64,000 bases of DNA from Anthoceros angustus (GCA_010909165.1 VJWM01000151.1:310001-374000); one strand, 5' to 3'. Shown: positions 1 to 11,760, numbered from the stretch's first letter. Numbers and translations: made by a program. The notes: generated by a model not told the origin, from the sequence alone.

Positions 1-176
1 AGGGCACTCAAGCGTCGCCCTCCACTCGAAAACCACTTCCATGGTCGCGAACCAACCCGATATGGTTGTCCACAATTACAATTTCTTCTGGTCAACCCAA
101 CTCCTCCCACCATGTGTACTCTTCCGCGTAACGTAAGGCCGGAGCTCGATAACCCTCGCTCAAGTAAGCAACGCCT
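1..176. repeat. Further copy of transposase segment 1067-1239
   Basis: Near-identical text CTCCACTCGAAAACCACTTCCATGGTCG...GCTCAAGTAAGCAACGCCT at both places. Confidence 0.85.
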
Positions 177-485
177 CCTATCTATCATCCTCGACAAATT
201 TGTCCAGCTATGGACAACACGCCACTATAATCTTGGGGCACAGATAACCGCCCAAACACATACTTAATTTATTGGTGTTGCAAACCACATATACGGATAC
301 ACGGTATTGTATTGCATTGAGGTGGTAATGGACCAAAAGCCAAACATGATTCACGCTACCGGCTTACCCTAACAAAGGCTCGGACAAGGAGTACAGTGGA
401 ATTTAGACCGGTGAAGCTAGAACCCTATATTTATCTCGATGGAACCATTGCCTCCTCTCCCAATTCCTTCTCCATGGAAGCACGT

Positions 486-3400
486 TTACTCATCTCCGGA
501 GGTCACTCCGTCATCGCCGCCGGACCCTCGCACCATGGTCATCACTATCCTCGTGGGTACTTGGACGAATAATAATTCATTCAACTTATCCTTTATCGCT
601 TTCTTGTCAACAACATATAAATGTTTTCGAGCATTCAAAGACGAATCCATAATAAAGGATTACCGCTTGCTCACAAAGACTGTTGAATATTTTTGGTATA
701 CAAGGATTTGCTTCCTTTCTTCCCTACCTTGAAGCCATGTTCGGTACCGCTTCCCGGAATTATATATTCCTCAACATATCTTCCCTCATATGCATCCGTA
801 TGCTCGGTCATATACCAATGAACGAGGAAGTGAGGTTTGGGCGATTCCAACTTCAGTTCTATGACCTTTCCAATCCAAAATGGCCTGTTGTGAGTGTCTG
901 TGGAACACGGAACTGCTATGAACATTCCTTTATTGATCTCCGCAATATCGCCATTCAGACGTGTCATATCTTCTTGTTGCTTGCCCAAATTTCTATATGC
1001 CCCAAATACATATCGCGTTGTGGAAGTTCACAGTAGCCGCTCAAAGAAAGCCGACGGGCATGCATAAGGGCACCATCCGCCTCCACTCGAAAACCACTTC
1101 CATGGTCGTTGCAACCAACCCGATATGGTTGTCCACAATTACAGCAATTTCTTCTGGTCAACCCAACTCCTCCCACCATGTGTACTCTTCCGTAACGAAG
1201 GCCGGAGCTCGATAACCCTCGCTCAAGTAAGCAACGCCTTGCGTGAGACAAGCGGCGCGCTTTTTATCTCTAGCCATAAGGCTAAAGGAGCCGATTATGA
1301 CCTCCGTGGCACAAACTTCAAAACTCCAAGCCTCCTTCGCTTTCCCACATGTTGAGTCGCACTCCCTCGATTACACCGCTGGCCGGTTTCTCCTCGCGTG
1401 TTATCTTGAATTGATCTTTGGAACGATGATTATTCAATTTACTAAACACCGCCCCGCCCATCCCCGTCTTATTGGCCATACATACTCCAAGTCGGGAACT
1501 TCCAAGATCTTCACCTCCGCCTTGGAGTGTACGCTCCTCGATAATAGTTGCCAATGCGGGCGAGTGCGCTTCCTTGTGTTTCAAGCTTTTAGAGAAGCAT
1601 GAAAACATCCGATCAATTTGATCATGGGTGTGCCCAACTAGCGTGAAGCCCACCTTCACTTTCTCAAATGTTCCCATGTCTACCAACATGTTGAGATACG
1701 CAAAGAGTAGTTGGTTCTTGTTCTCCGCAAGTGTTGTCCAGTTGTTACAACACTTTAGGCAAGACCCCATCATAATTGTGGATAACATCTTGAATGATGT
1801 TTATAGTCAAATTAGGCGTCATTGGAGGTTGGCATAATGCAAATATGCCCTTGCTTTGTGAGTGTAATTGTGAATCATGCACCCCACAACGCAATCGAAA
1901 TACGACATTCTTCATCCAAATTCTTCGCCACCGCAAGAAATGCTAAGCTCGCTTTCTTCCGTCCATTCCATCGATGGCCAATAACATATATTTGTGGGGC
2001 TCCACGTAGCTCTTGCTGCGATGCTTTGTCATCTTCGCCGCTGTGCAGCCGATCTCGATGGGCATCTATGCCGATATTTTTCGCAAACAATTGGTGTTAC
2101 AGTGCTAGACATTCACAGCATTGCATAGGATCATTGCGCATCATGGAACACCCAAGATCGCTGGTATGGCACCCGTATCCGCAACATGAGAATCAGGCTG
2201 CTTCAACCCTTAGGGAATGCTTCTGCCGCCCACCAAAACCGTAAAACAGACATACGGCAAAGGAATCAAAAGTGGACTTTTGGTGAAAGGCGCTGCCCGC
2301 CGGTCATCCTCATACCACTCCGCTGGCTATCCACTAACACCGCAAACCGCCTACCATGACATTCGTGCATCTTGGTGGGAGATGAGAGGCGCCGGCACGC
2401 CGCCCTCTATCCGGAGGCGGCCTCGACGGCAAAGCCGATGTTCACTGCCGGCCATACCTCTTACTATGGAGTGCAATGCCATGAGGAGCATGGAAAACGT
2501 TCCTTCTTACTACCCTAACCTTCCCGACACCTTTACCTTCCCACCCAAAGCTTCCTAGGTTGGCCAAGACACTTCCTCCTCTTCCCTACACCGGGACGCC
2601 TCTTCCATAGAATGCACAAGCCGTAAACCCCGAGAGGTGCTAAGAGGAGTGGCGCGCCAGCCTACGCCCACTCATTGGTCGAACTCGACATGGTAGCCTA
2701 CTTCAATGAGCACGTCCCTTTCAACATGCCACACTCAAATTACAGAGAACACGATGTACTAACCACCTCGGACATGGAGAGTGTGCAGCCGTAACAAAGG
2801 ACATAGAAGGACACATAATGTACTCACCGAAAGGATTCGGAGAATACCTTGGTCGACTTTAGCGCGTGTTTCTAATTGTCGCTTTTAATCGCGCAAAGCG
2901 AGCACGTGGAGAACTGTTGGACTTTGGAATCTTCACCGCTAAAGTTCTCCTCCAAAGTTTCAAAACCAAGCATAGGTGACAAACCGTTGACTGGAACCCT
3001 CACATTGCCGCTTATATTTTGCCCAAATTTGAACTTTGTAAATGTGTCGGAAGATTGAACACATCAACATTGGGGAGCCTTTCCGCCATGAGCAGAATGC
3101 TTGTCCATCCACGCGATTGCACCTCGCGCATATGTAGACTGTTTAGGGTTTGCTCTAAAGCCATCCCACGGTGCATGTGCAATAACCCTTCTCTTGACCT
3201 CCTGTGGCACAAACTTCAAAACTCCAAGCCTCCTTCGCTTTCCCACAACTGTTGAAATCGCCTCCCGATTACGGTCACTGTCGGTTTCTCCTCGCGTGTT
3301 ATCTTGAATTGATCTTTGGAACGATGATTATTCAATTTACTCACAATCGAAATCGTCGCCCATCCCCGTCTTATATACATACTTAAGTCGGGAACTTGAT

Positions 3401-5600
3401 CGGTATCTTCACCTCCGGTCTTGGAGTGTACGCTGCCTCGATAATAGTAGCCAATGCGGGCAGAGTGTGCGCTTCCTTGTGTTTCAAGCTTTTAGAGAAG
3501 CATGAAAACATCTGATCAATTTGATCATGAGTGTGCCCAACTAGCAGGAAGCCCACCTTCACTTTCTCAAAAGTTTCCATGTCTACCAACATGTTCAGAT
3601 ACGCAAAGAGTAGTTGGTTCTTGTTCTCCCGGCAAGTATTGTCCAGTTGTAAGTACAACACTTTAGGCAGCACCCCATCATAATTGTGGATAACATCTTG
3701 AATGATGTTTATAGTCAAATTGGCGTCATTGCGGAGGTTGGCATAATGCAAATATGCCCTAGCTTTGTGAGTGTAATTGTGAATCATGCACCCCACAACG
3801 TGCACTGAAATACGACATTCTTCATCCAAATTCTTGACCACCGCAAGAAATGCGGAAGCTCGCTTTCTTGGTCCATTCCATCGATGGCCAATAACATATA
3901 TTTGTGGGGCTCCACGTAGCTCTTGCTGCGATGCTTTGTCATCTTCGCTCGCTCATTGTGGGCCGATCTCGATGGGCATCTAAGGCTCGATATTTTCTCG
4001 CAAACAATTGGTGTTACAGCGTTAGACATTCACATTGCGACATAGGATCATTGCGGATCATGGAACACCCAAGATCGCTGGTATGGCACCCGTATCCGCA
4101 ACATGAGAACTGTGCTGCTCAACCCTTAGGCGAATGCTTGCCCACCAAAACCGTATAAAACGGATACGGCAAAGGAATCAAAAGTGGACTTTTGGTGAAA
4201 GGCGCTGCCCGCGGCGTCATCCTCATACCACTCCGCTGGCTATCCACTAACGCAAACCGCCTACCATGACAATTCGCATCTTGGTGGGAGATGAGAGGCG
4301 CCCCGGCCTCTATCCGGAGGCGGCCTCGACGGCAAAGCGTATGTTCACTGTCGGCCATACCTCTTACTATGGAGTGCAATGCCATGAGGAGCATGGAAAA
4401 CGTTCCTTCTTACTACCCTAACCTTCCCGACACCTTTACCTTTACCCAAAGCTTCCTAGGTTGGCCAAGACACTTCCTCCTCTTCCCTGGGACGCCTCTT
4501 CCATAGAATGCACAAGCTGCGTAAACCCCGAGAGGTGCTAAGAGGAGTGGCGCGCCACGCCCACTCATTGGTCGAACGACATGGTAGCCTACTTCAATGA
4601 GCACGTCCCTTTCAACATGCCACACTCAAATTACAGAGAACACGATGTACTAACCACCTCGGACATGGAGAGTGTGCAGCCGAACAAAGGACATAGAAGG
4701 ACACATAATGTACTCACCGAAAGGATTCGGAGAATACCTTGGTCGACTTTAGCGATCGTGTTTCTAATTGTCGCTTTTAATCCTGCAGCGAGCACGTGGA
4801 GAACTGTTGGACTTTGGAATCTTCACCAAGTTCTCCTCCAAAGTTTCAAAACCAAGCATAGGTGACAAACCGTTGATGGAACCCTCACATTGCCGTTTAT
4901 ATTTTGCCCAAATTTGAACTTTGTAAATGTGTCGGAAGATTGAACACATCAACATTGGGGAGCCTTTCCGCCATGAGCAGAATGCTTGTCCATCCACATG
5001 ATTGCATCTTGCGCATATGTAGACTGTTGTTTAGGGTTTGCTCTAAAGCCATCCCACGGTGCATGTGCAATAACCCTTCTCTTCAGCTCCTCATACCTAC
5101 TATGGCCAATGCAATATACCCTGCGAAAAGCTCTGAGACAGCATCGCATTCTGACCGACCCCCATAGATGAGTCACAACTTTATCATTGTGCTGGCCACT
5201 GCGATCGACGTGAACAAGAGATTCCAGAAATGTCTCCTGCTCCTGTCTGCCCATTCGTAGAAACCGGTATCTCTGCTCCCGCAACCTTTCTATAGTCAAT
5301 TTCTGAACACACATTTGGTTGCAACAGGGCTTGCGGAAATCAAGAGACGCAGCTTCCGCTTCACATTTCCTCATCGGCACACCAGCAGCGCGTCTTTTTT
5401 GACCAGTTGAAACAAGAGCCTTTGTTGCTATCAAGCTTTCGCTCAATGGCTTGGGATGGTATGATTGCGGGCATGTCCACCGGTGTTTGAAAGACGCCAT
5501 CCTCCTCGTCGAAGCCGACCGCTTTCCGGAGGATACCTTTCCCACGGTCATCCATAGTAGGAAATAAGTCACTCAATGCTTGAGGCCCTCCTACTCGGGC
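486..5600 (-). pseudogene. DDD-type transposase (Sola-like, DUF7869-like), frameshifted and internally duplicated, with a C-terminal Tudor/PWWP-like segment and acidic tail
   Basis: ORF fragments show N-terminal 'KPCCNQMC...CCLRAFRRVYCIGHSRY', the catalytic triad segments 'LLAIDGMDQ', 'LYLQLDNTCRENKNQLLFAYL' and 'FLLVGHTHDQIDQMFS', then 'PFWIGKV...VHWY' and the C-terminus 'RKHLYVVDKKAIKDKLNEL...GDE*' (stop 486-488). The 5' end is approximate. Confidence 0.8.
1299..5082. repeat. ~1.9 kb tandem duplication inside the transposase gene (copies ~1299-3194 and ~3195-5082)
   Basis: GACCTCC(T)GTGGCACAAACTTCAAAACTCCAAG starts both copies and ...AATAACCCTTCTCTT ends both. They are colinear with scattered 1-6 nt indels. 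Confidence 0.9.
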
Positions 5601-6900
5601 AAGCAGTGTCCACTACTTTGTGCATTCTCATGCAATGAGCGACGGGCTCCTATCTAAGGCATACAAATTGAGGTTTTCTTGTCCGAGGCACACCCCTAAT
5701 GATGGTGAAGATGAACCTGCGGCGCCCATTGTGGCCACCATCGAACGAGCTGCAAATGCAAGCCACAAGATTGGTACGTAGGAACGGAATTCAAGCAAGT
5801 AGGAATGACCGTTCGATTCTCTCCGTTATACCTTGGAATGCGTTGCCTTTTGGGAAGGCAGAGGTCCACACACCACATGCCGAGACCGTATTTGAGGCAC
5901 GCTTAGTATCCTCCTCCTTTGTGCAACGTCCTCCTTGCGCCGTTGTCTTCTTGAATTGCACACCGCCGCAAGAAGGCGGAGGCGATGCACCCGACGGATG
6001 GAATAGAGTCCGTCAAGATCTAAAGAAGCCCAAAACTCGGCAAATTGAGAACAGGACAATCCAAACCTCATCTCCATCCAAAGGATGAGTAGCATTCAAC
6101 ATGTTTGTGAAGGGTGGTAAAACGAGCGACGACCTCAAGTGTCGGGTCAGGGAACGAAACCCTTGCGGCGAGTGCAAGGTTAAGGCAAACTTGGGTCAAT
6201 CATTCGGGACAAATGGACGTTAATAGCGTATCGCTTAGATATGCTACCGCTAATGGGACAAGGAATGGCGGCAGCTTTAACTACATTGCATTTATGCTCG
6301 GCATCCCACATGGAATGATTGTGGCGCAATGGGGATTTTGATTACCATGATGGTGATACTTGTGGGTACTCCTACTTTGGTTTGGTGGAACTTGCGGATG
6401 CGAATGAAAAATATTTCTACCCGTTCCTATCCATACATACGAGTTTTCCCGAGCCAGGGTTAGGTTTTGCTGGTACCTTCATGTGGGATACGCCTGGACA
6501 TGATGTTTGAGCATCCTTTCAACCCTAATGTCGATGGGGTTATTATTGCCCAAGGGAAGAAACAGGATTATCTCTTTTTACACTGGAGCAAAACAGGTGT
6601 TTGTAAGTCGAGGTGTGCATCAGAGACACCGTCTCAAAAGGGAACACTTCAGCTGAAGAGTGCGCCCATTCGGCCTCGTGACGAGCGCCAGAAGGTCGGA
6701 GCGCCGCCGATCCGCAGCCAGACTATCCGCCGCCGCCGCCTGTGAAGCCCGGAGCAATTGCGCACGCCATCGCGCTCGCCACGCCCTCCCTTGCCAACAT
6801 CCTCTAATCCAAGGTCGACACGGGTTTTGCTCTTCCATCTTCCACCTCTCGAGCAAGAATTGCGGTCGTCATCGTGGTTTGGGTGGCCTTCCAGATGGCA

Positions 6901-9900
6901 ATGGGTCGCAGGAGCAAGAAGGACCAGGGCGATAGAATCCCTGATCACCCTGAACCCTTACAGAAGGTGAGGAGATCAAAAGCGCCAGGGAAGGGGAAGC
7001 CATCTGCCGCAGGGGCGCCCATGGATGCACCTCAAGGGCGCGGAGGGTCAGGACCAGTAGCGATGGAACAAGCTGGGCCCCAGCTTCAGATTGGGTCGCA
7101 ATTGGTAGGAGCTGCGAATCAGGCGAAATCCGGGAGCCTTACTTCCGGTAAGGCTAGCACAACCAAAGGTCTTCCTACTGGTGACAAGGGAGACAAAGCA
7201 AAGCGCAGGCCTATTCCATCCCCTTACGCCTTTGAGGAGACTTTACATACGAAGGCTTGGAGCCCGATGGATTCCACACCTCTTTTGGATAAGGACTGGA
7301 TGTTGGTTCAAGAATCGGAGCCAGGATGAAGGTATTTTCGGACACCACTCTTCAAGTTGTGGATCATGGGATACAAGGATGCCTTGCCTAATCACGAGCG
7401 AGGGTTGGGTTGTGTGGCGAACTCGATATGTGTCAAGGAGACCCATCCGCAATCGCTCAGAACAAAGCCACGGAGTTTGATGAAGTGCCACAAGGGCCCG
7501 AGCTATACAGGCATTTGATCTCGTGTTCAACAACCGATCATCAAGAAATGCGAGCCCCGTGAGGTCGTGCATCTTTCGCGAATGTAGACGAGAACAAAGC
7601 GGTAATTGTTCAAGGCATTTTGGGGTAGTGAGACCTCTGTATGTTTTTTCGGTGCTTTCGCTTGGTCTCTAACCACAAATGTTGTGTCAATCAGGGCCTC
7701 AAATTGGAAATGCATACATCAGGCCCTATGTGCGTAAATCACACAATCGGTTGTTCAAGAGGAGTCATGTCCCTAAGGCGCACTCGAGCACTGCTGGTTG
7801 AGGAGGAACATCTCATCTGATGATTGTGAAGAAGGAAGCGAGCTTGGACCGAAGATGAAGACGATGGCCCTATTCCCGATATTCTGCACACGATGATGAT
7901 CAATCGGATGCGCAGTGAGGTTCGAGATCCGGCTCGTGGAGACCTTAGGGCTGCCGGTGTTAGGTATGAGCCGAGGGAAGGCTGGGCGCCCCTGTGGAAG
8001 AGGCAACCCGGATTTGGTGACCCCGATCCGGATTGGTTTGCGCTTCCCTGGGCAGCCGGCCGCCGGGCGCCCGGTCGTCATTCTGGAAGCACTGCCTGGG
8101 CAAACAGCAGATCATGGTGATCCTGAAGAGGGGCGCTGCCGGCCGGCGCCTCCTTCCCTCCATGCAGGATGTGAGTGGAATAAGAGCAAGAAGGAAAAGG
8201 AAGGCGTGAGGGCCATGCATCAAAGTAGAGGAGTCGTTCAGAGAGCTTGAGCTGGCTAGTGGACCAGGAGAAAAACCAATAGTATGCAAAAGGCGCAGGA
8301 GTTCTTGGAGGACATACCTTCCGTCCATGTATCAACGGACAAGGAGCGGTTAGCGATGCTATTCGGGATGAAGACCCCTAACGCGCATTAGGAATCGGCC
8401 TATTCCAAAAAGGTTGTTTTGGAGAGTTTTGGTGAAGTTGGAGAACCTTCGCCAAGATCACACCTCACACCATGCTCGATACGGAGGGTTGACGAAGCAT
8501 GGACAAATTACTTGGCACGTGATTTCAAGGGCGGATTGAGGAAGGCGATGCCTCTATTATGTATGATTGACCCCGCAGAGTGAAGACCGAGCAAACTTGA
8601 TTGGGACAAGTTCGGGCAAAAAATACGTCATGGGGTTCTTGGAGGCAACCACACCTATGCATGAAGCACTGCGATATATGTCCCGGAAGACTTTCGACGT
8701 GGAGGCCCATGTGTATTGTGGGCGAAAGGTGAATGCGAATTCTTGCAACAGATCACAATGTGTTGTCCGACAGGAGGAAGAAAATGAATTTCATTGAGCA
8801 AGTCGATATTTGAGGGACGATGATTATCGAACGGACGGAGTGATGACCATGGCATGGAAGTTTAATCATAAACCGCTAGGGTTGATTGACACGATGAGGG
8901 GCGAGAAGACGATGTATATAAGCAACAAAGTGGACAACAGGACTCATATTTTGTGCATGCGAGGGCAGTATGGGAGAATGTGGATAAGATTTTTACAAAG
9001 TGGGAAGCCGGGAGCTTAAGCAAAAGAAACATGTCGCGGTGGCACGAGCAAGAAAGGCAAAGGAAAACTAAGGTCATCAAGAGTCAAAGAAAATCGATCG
9101 CATGTGAAGTCAAGGATATGCTTGCAAAGCCTTGGAAATCGTTCAAGGAATACCATCAGTGAATGCGCAATGATACTAATATCGAACGGAGAAGGTTCTT
9201 GTGGCTTATTGACCTAAAGGGCATGGATGATGATATCACCCTCCCAAGAAATTTCACATCATCCAAGTGGCGATGGCGAAACACCTTGGGTGCTCATCGC
9301 TCGAGGAGGTGCGGAAAGAGTATCCCCATCATGCAATGATAGTGTGCACTTCAAACAAGATTTGCCGGAAAGGTGAGAAACACTTTCTATTCAATAGTTC
9401 TGTGGAGTTGGGTGTGTGGAGGCGGTGGAGGGCGCGGCGGGCCGCGCCCACAAGGGAAGCTGCAGTGGAGGCGCGCGGCCGGGCGCCCGCCAGCCGGGCA
9501 GTGGAGGGCGCGCCCGCCGCCCACCGCAGCCGGCTGTGAGGGCACCGCGGCCGGGCGCCTGTGAAGCTGGGCCGATGGAGGGCGCGGCGGCCGGGCGCCT
9601 CCACCTGTGAAGCTGGTGATGGAGCCGCGGGCGCGCCTCCACAGAAGCCCGCCGATGGAGGGGGCGGGCGCCCACCCGTGAAGCTCGCCGTGGATGGCGC
9701 GGGCCGGCGCCCACATGTGAAGCTCCGATGGAGCGCGCCGGGCGCCTCCACCGAACGATCGTAGAGGGCGCCTCTTCGCATACGAGCGACGATGTGGTTT
9801 TGTTTTTAACTTGCAGCAACTAAAGGACGTTGAGGTTTTGGCGAAGCTGCCGGATGACTTCCGTCATTTCATATTTGAAGTCAACAACTGGAAAGGACTT

Positions 9901-10919
9901 GAAAACGAGCAAAGGGCTTTGGCTGATAAGGACCTGGAAGAAGGTCTTAACATTTTTACCGTGCCTTCCAGTGACAAACAGGTTCAATACCAGGTGGAGG
10001 CAAGAAATATTCTTGACATGCGGGGGTTTCTGAGGACGAGGGGGTACACGCTCCTGGTAATGGACGTTCCACGAGGATTTGACATTGGCCCTATGGATAA
10101 GCGGGTGGACATGGCAATGATGCGAACAGTGTTTCAGAGCTTTGCGGAAAAGACAACAAGTGAAGAATTCCGCATTATAGTGATGCATGGGGTCGAAGAA
10201 GCCCACACCGTGGAATCCATGCGACATGGATGTGGAAAGGCGGATTGGTATCCTTCATATGGGATAAGACCAACATGCATAATGACAGGCGGGTTTGAGA
10301 CCGTGGAGTACATCACTGGGATGGTGTCTCAAAAGACACAAGCACAAAGGATAGAGCTCCTATGCCGAATGCTATGCACGGACGTTCAACAATGGGAGGT
10401 CGGTTATAGGACACGCCATCGTGGTGAAGAAACAGTGTACCGCCCAATGACAAACTTGTGGTATGCCCTTATCAACGCCCACCGGGTCTTCTTATGAAAC
10501 GATAAGGACCTTCTCAAAGGAAGGGACCGGGTTCTTGATGCATGTTCGGGCAGCGGACCACCACACTTGCCGCATCTGAGTGGACGAATCGCATTGCGCT
10601 TGAGGCAGATTTGAGATGTGCAGGTACATTCCTCGTGAATACATGGTTATGAGGTGCTTCCGGATGCAGGAAGAGCTTACATTTCAACCGCATCGCCGAG
10701 GACCATCACACCTGGGCAAAGGAGGTATGTATCAAAAGATAGTCCAAGGCACAAGTTGTTTCTTTGAGTGCGACGCGGCATTTACAACAGTGAACTTTTG
10801 GAAGATGGGCAGCAAACGTTGGATGATGTATGGCACCGCAGCTTGACGCACCCAAGGGTGATGTGAACGAAGACGAGAAGGCCTTGGAAGAAAACGACGA
10901 ATTTGAAGACGGAAGATGA
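6901..10919 (+). CDS. ParB/Srx-like domain plus beta-class N4-C/N6-A DNA methyltransferase-like protein; multi-exon, frameshifted in this assembly
   Basis: ATG at 6901 (MGRRSKK...). ParB-like segment 8482-8810 ('RRVDEAWTNYLARDFKGG..PLLCMIDP', 'VLGGNHT', 'EAHVYCG', 'ILATDHN', 'MNFIEQV'). MTase motif IV region 'YTLLVMDVPRGF' at 10045-10080, 'FIWDKTN' at ~10254, and motifs X-I-II reconstructed as 'CPYQRPPGLLYETIRTFSKEGDRVLDACSGSGTTTLAASEWTNRIALEAD' (10464-10610) after three 1-bp homopolymer corrections. Acidic tail ends at TGA 10917-10919. Confidence 0.75.
9410..9770. repeat. GC-rich ~39-bp degenerate minisatellite (~9 units) within a putative intron 9373-9816
   Basis: Recurring GTGAAGCT..CGATGGAG(G)GCGCGGCCGGGCGCC(T)CCA units, flanked by an AAG|GTGAGA donor (9373) and a TTTTGTTTTTAACTTGCAG| acceptor (9816). 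Confidence 0.7.
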
Positions 10920-11320
10920 GCGATTAGAAACCTCGGCCGTTGTCTTAGACTGGTGATGTGAGACGAGTCGCAGATGAGCCCTCCTAATGATCCAAAGGTA
11001 GACGCCTGTATGTGGTCCTATAGAAACGATAAGTTTTGTGGTCGGATAGAGGTATACTGAAGGTTGGCCACTCCATAGTTTGCGTGTAAAACCTTCTTGA
11101 AGTGGCGGAATTTTAATTTTCTTTCCTCCGCTTTGGAGCATTGCTTTCACGGTTCAACTATCGCCGCCACCGGCGATAGTTTACCACACGCACATGGAAC
11201 CGCGTGAAACCGTTGTTTCAAAATGGGATCTATCGGACAAGGGTGGACATACGTCACCAACGTGAAAAATCATAGTTTCCCGAAAGGTGCGATGTTTGTC
11301 AAGAGGGTCCACCAGCAACT

Positions 11321-11363
11321 GAAGAGGGTTTGTATATTCCCCCTCTTGAAGATATATGGTGTT
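11321..11363. repeat. Terminal inverted repeat (MTase-side end) of the large transposon
   Basis: Aligns with the reverse complement of 21613-21660 and with 23862-23893, including the subterminal AAGAGGGT motif at 11301. Confidence 0.75.
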
Positions 11364-11760
11364 TTGTCTGCGTACTGTTTTCTTCTGGCCTCCGGCACCA
11401 TCAGCTGGAGCTGTAAGAAACAAACTTCCCTGGCCTTATCCTCCACTGAAGCCGAATATAAGGCGCTCACTGATGCCTGCAAGGAGGCTGAGTGGAGAGA
11501 CAAGCCGGATTCACCAACCGTGCTCGACAGACCTACACTTGCTAGTGATAATATGAGCGCCATAGCCCTGGTGTCAAACCCTAGGTTTCATGCTAGGACT
11601 AAGCACATAGAGTTGTATCACCACTACATACGGACATGCAGCGTGGGATCGCTAAAGTAGAGTATGTTAGCACACAAGAAAACACTGCCGACATATTTAC
11701 TAAGGGGCTACCAAAATCCAAACACTTTCAGCACATGGCTGCTTTGGGGCTCCGAGAGTT
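11364..11760 (+). mobile_element. Ty1/copia RNase H remnant
   Basis: 'SAYCFLLASGTISWSCKKQTSLALSSTEAEYKALTDACKEAEW...SDNMSAIALVSNPRFHARTKHIELYHHYIR...EYVSTQENTADIFTKGLP'. Confidence 0.92.

Larger units (their letters stand above)
1..11363. mobile_element. Large TIR DNA transposon (Sola-like/DUF7869-type) carrying a transposase (-) and a divergent ParB-DNA methyltransferase gene (+); left end lies outside the window
   Basis: Transposase motifs at 486-5600 (-) and MTase motifs at 10040-10610 (+). The right terminus 11321-11363 (GAAGAGGGTTTGTATATTCCCCCTCTTGAAGATATATGGTGTT) resembles the TIRs of the element at 21613-23893. Copia RNase H sequence resumes directly after 11363, so the element is inserted in a copia element. 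Confidence 0.8.

Noticed and set aside
9410-9770. CRISPR-like array
   Set aside because: Tandem degenerate units with no unique spacers and no cas genes, in a eukaryotic context.
10616-10846. Apparent CxxC...H...C zinc/PHD finger after the MTase
   Set aside because: Comparison with the 22030-22200 homolog shows synonymous changes in other frames (IHGYEVL, WAKEVCI); the Cys-rich frame is not the conserved one.
6901-10919. Bacterial contaminant or restriction-modification operon
   Set aside because: The gene has an intron-like segment, lies within eukaryotic TIRs inserted in a copia element, and has a second diverged copy in the window.
11156-11200. Helitron 3' terminus
   Set aside because: No CTRR follows the hairpin, and the element ends at a TIR 180 bp further on.
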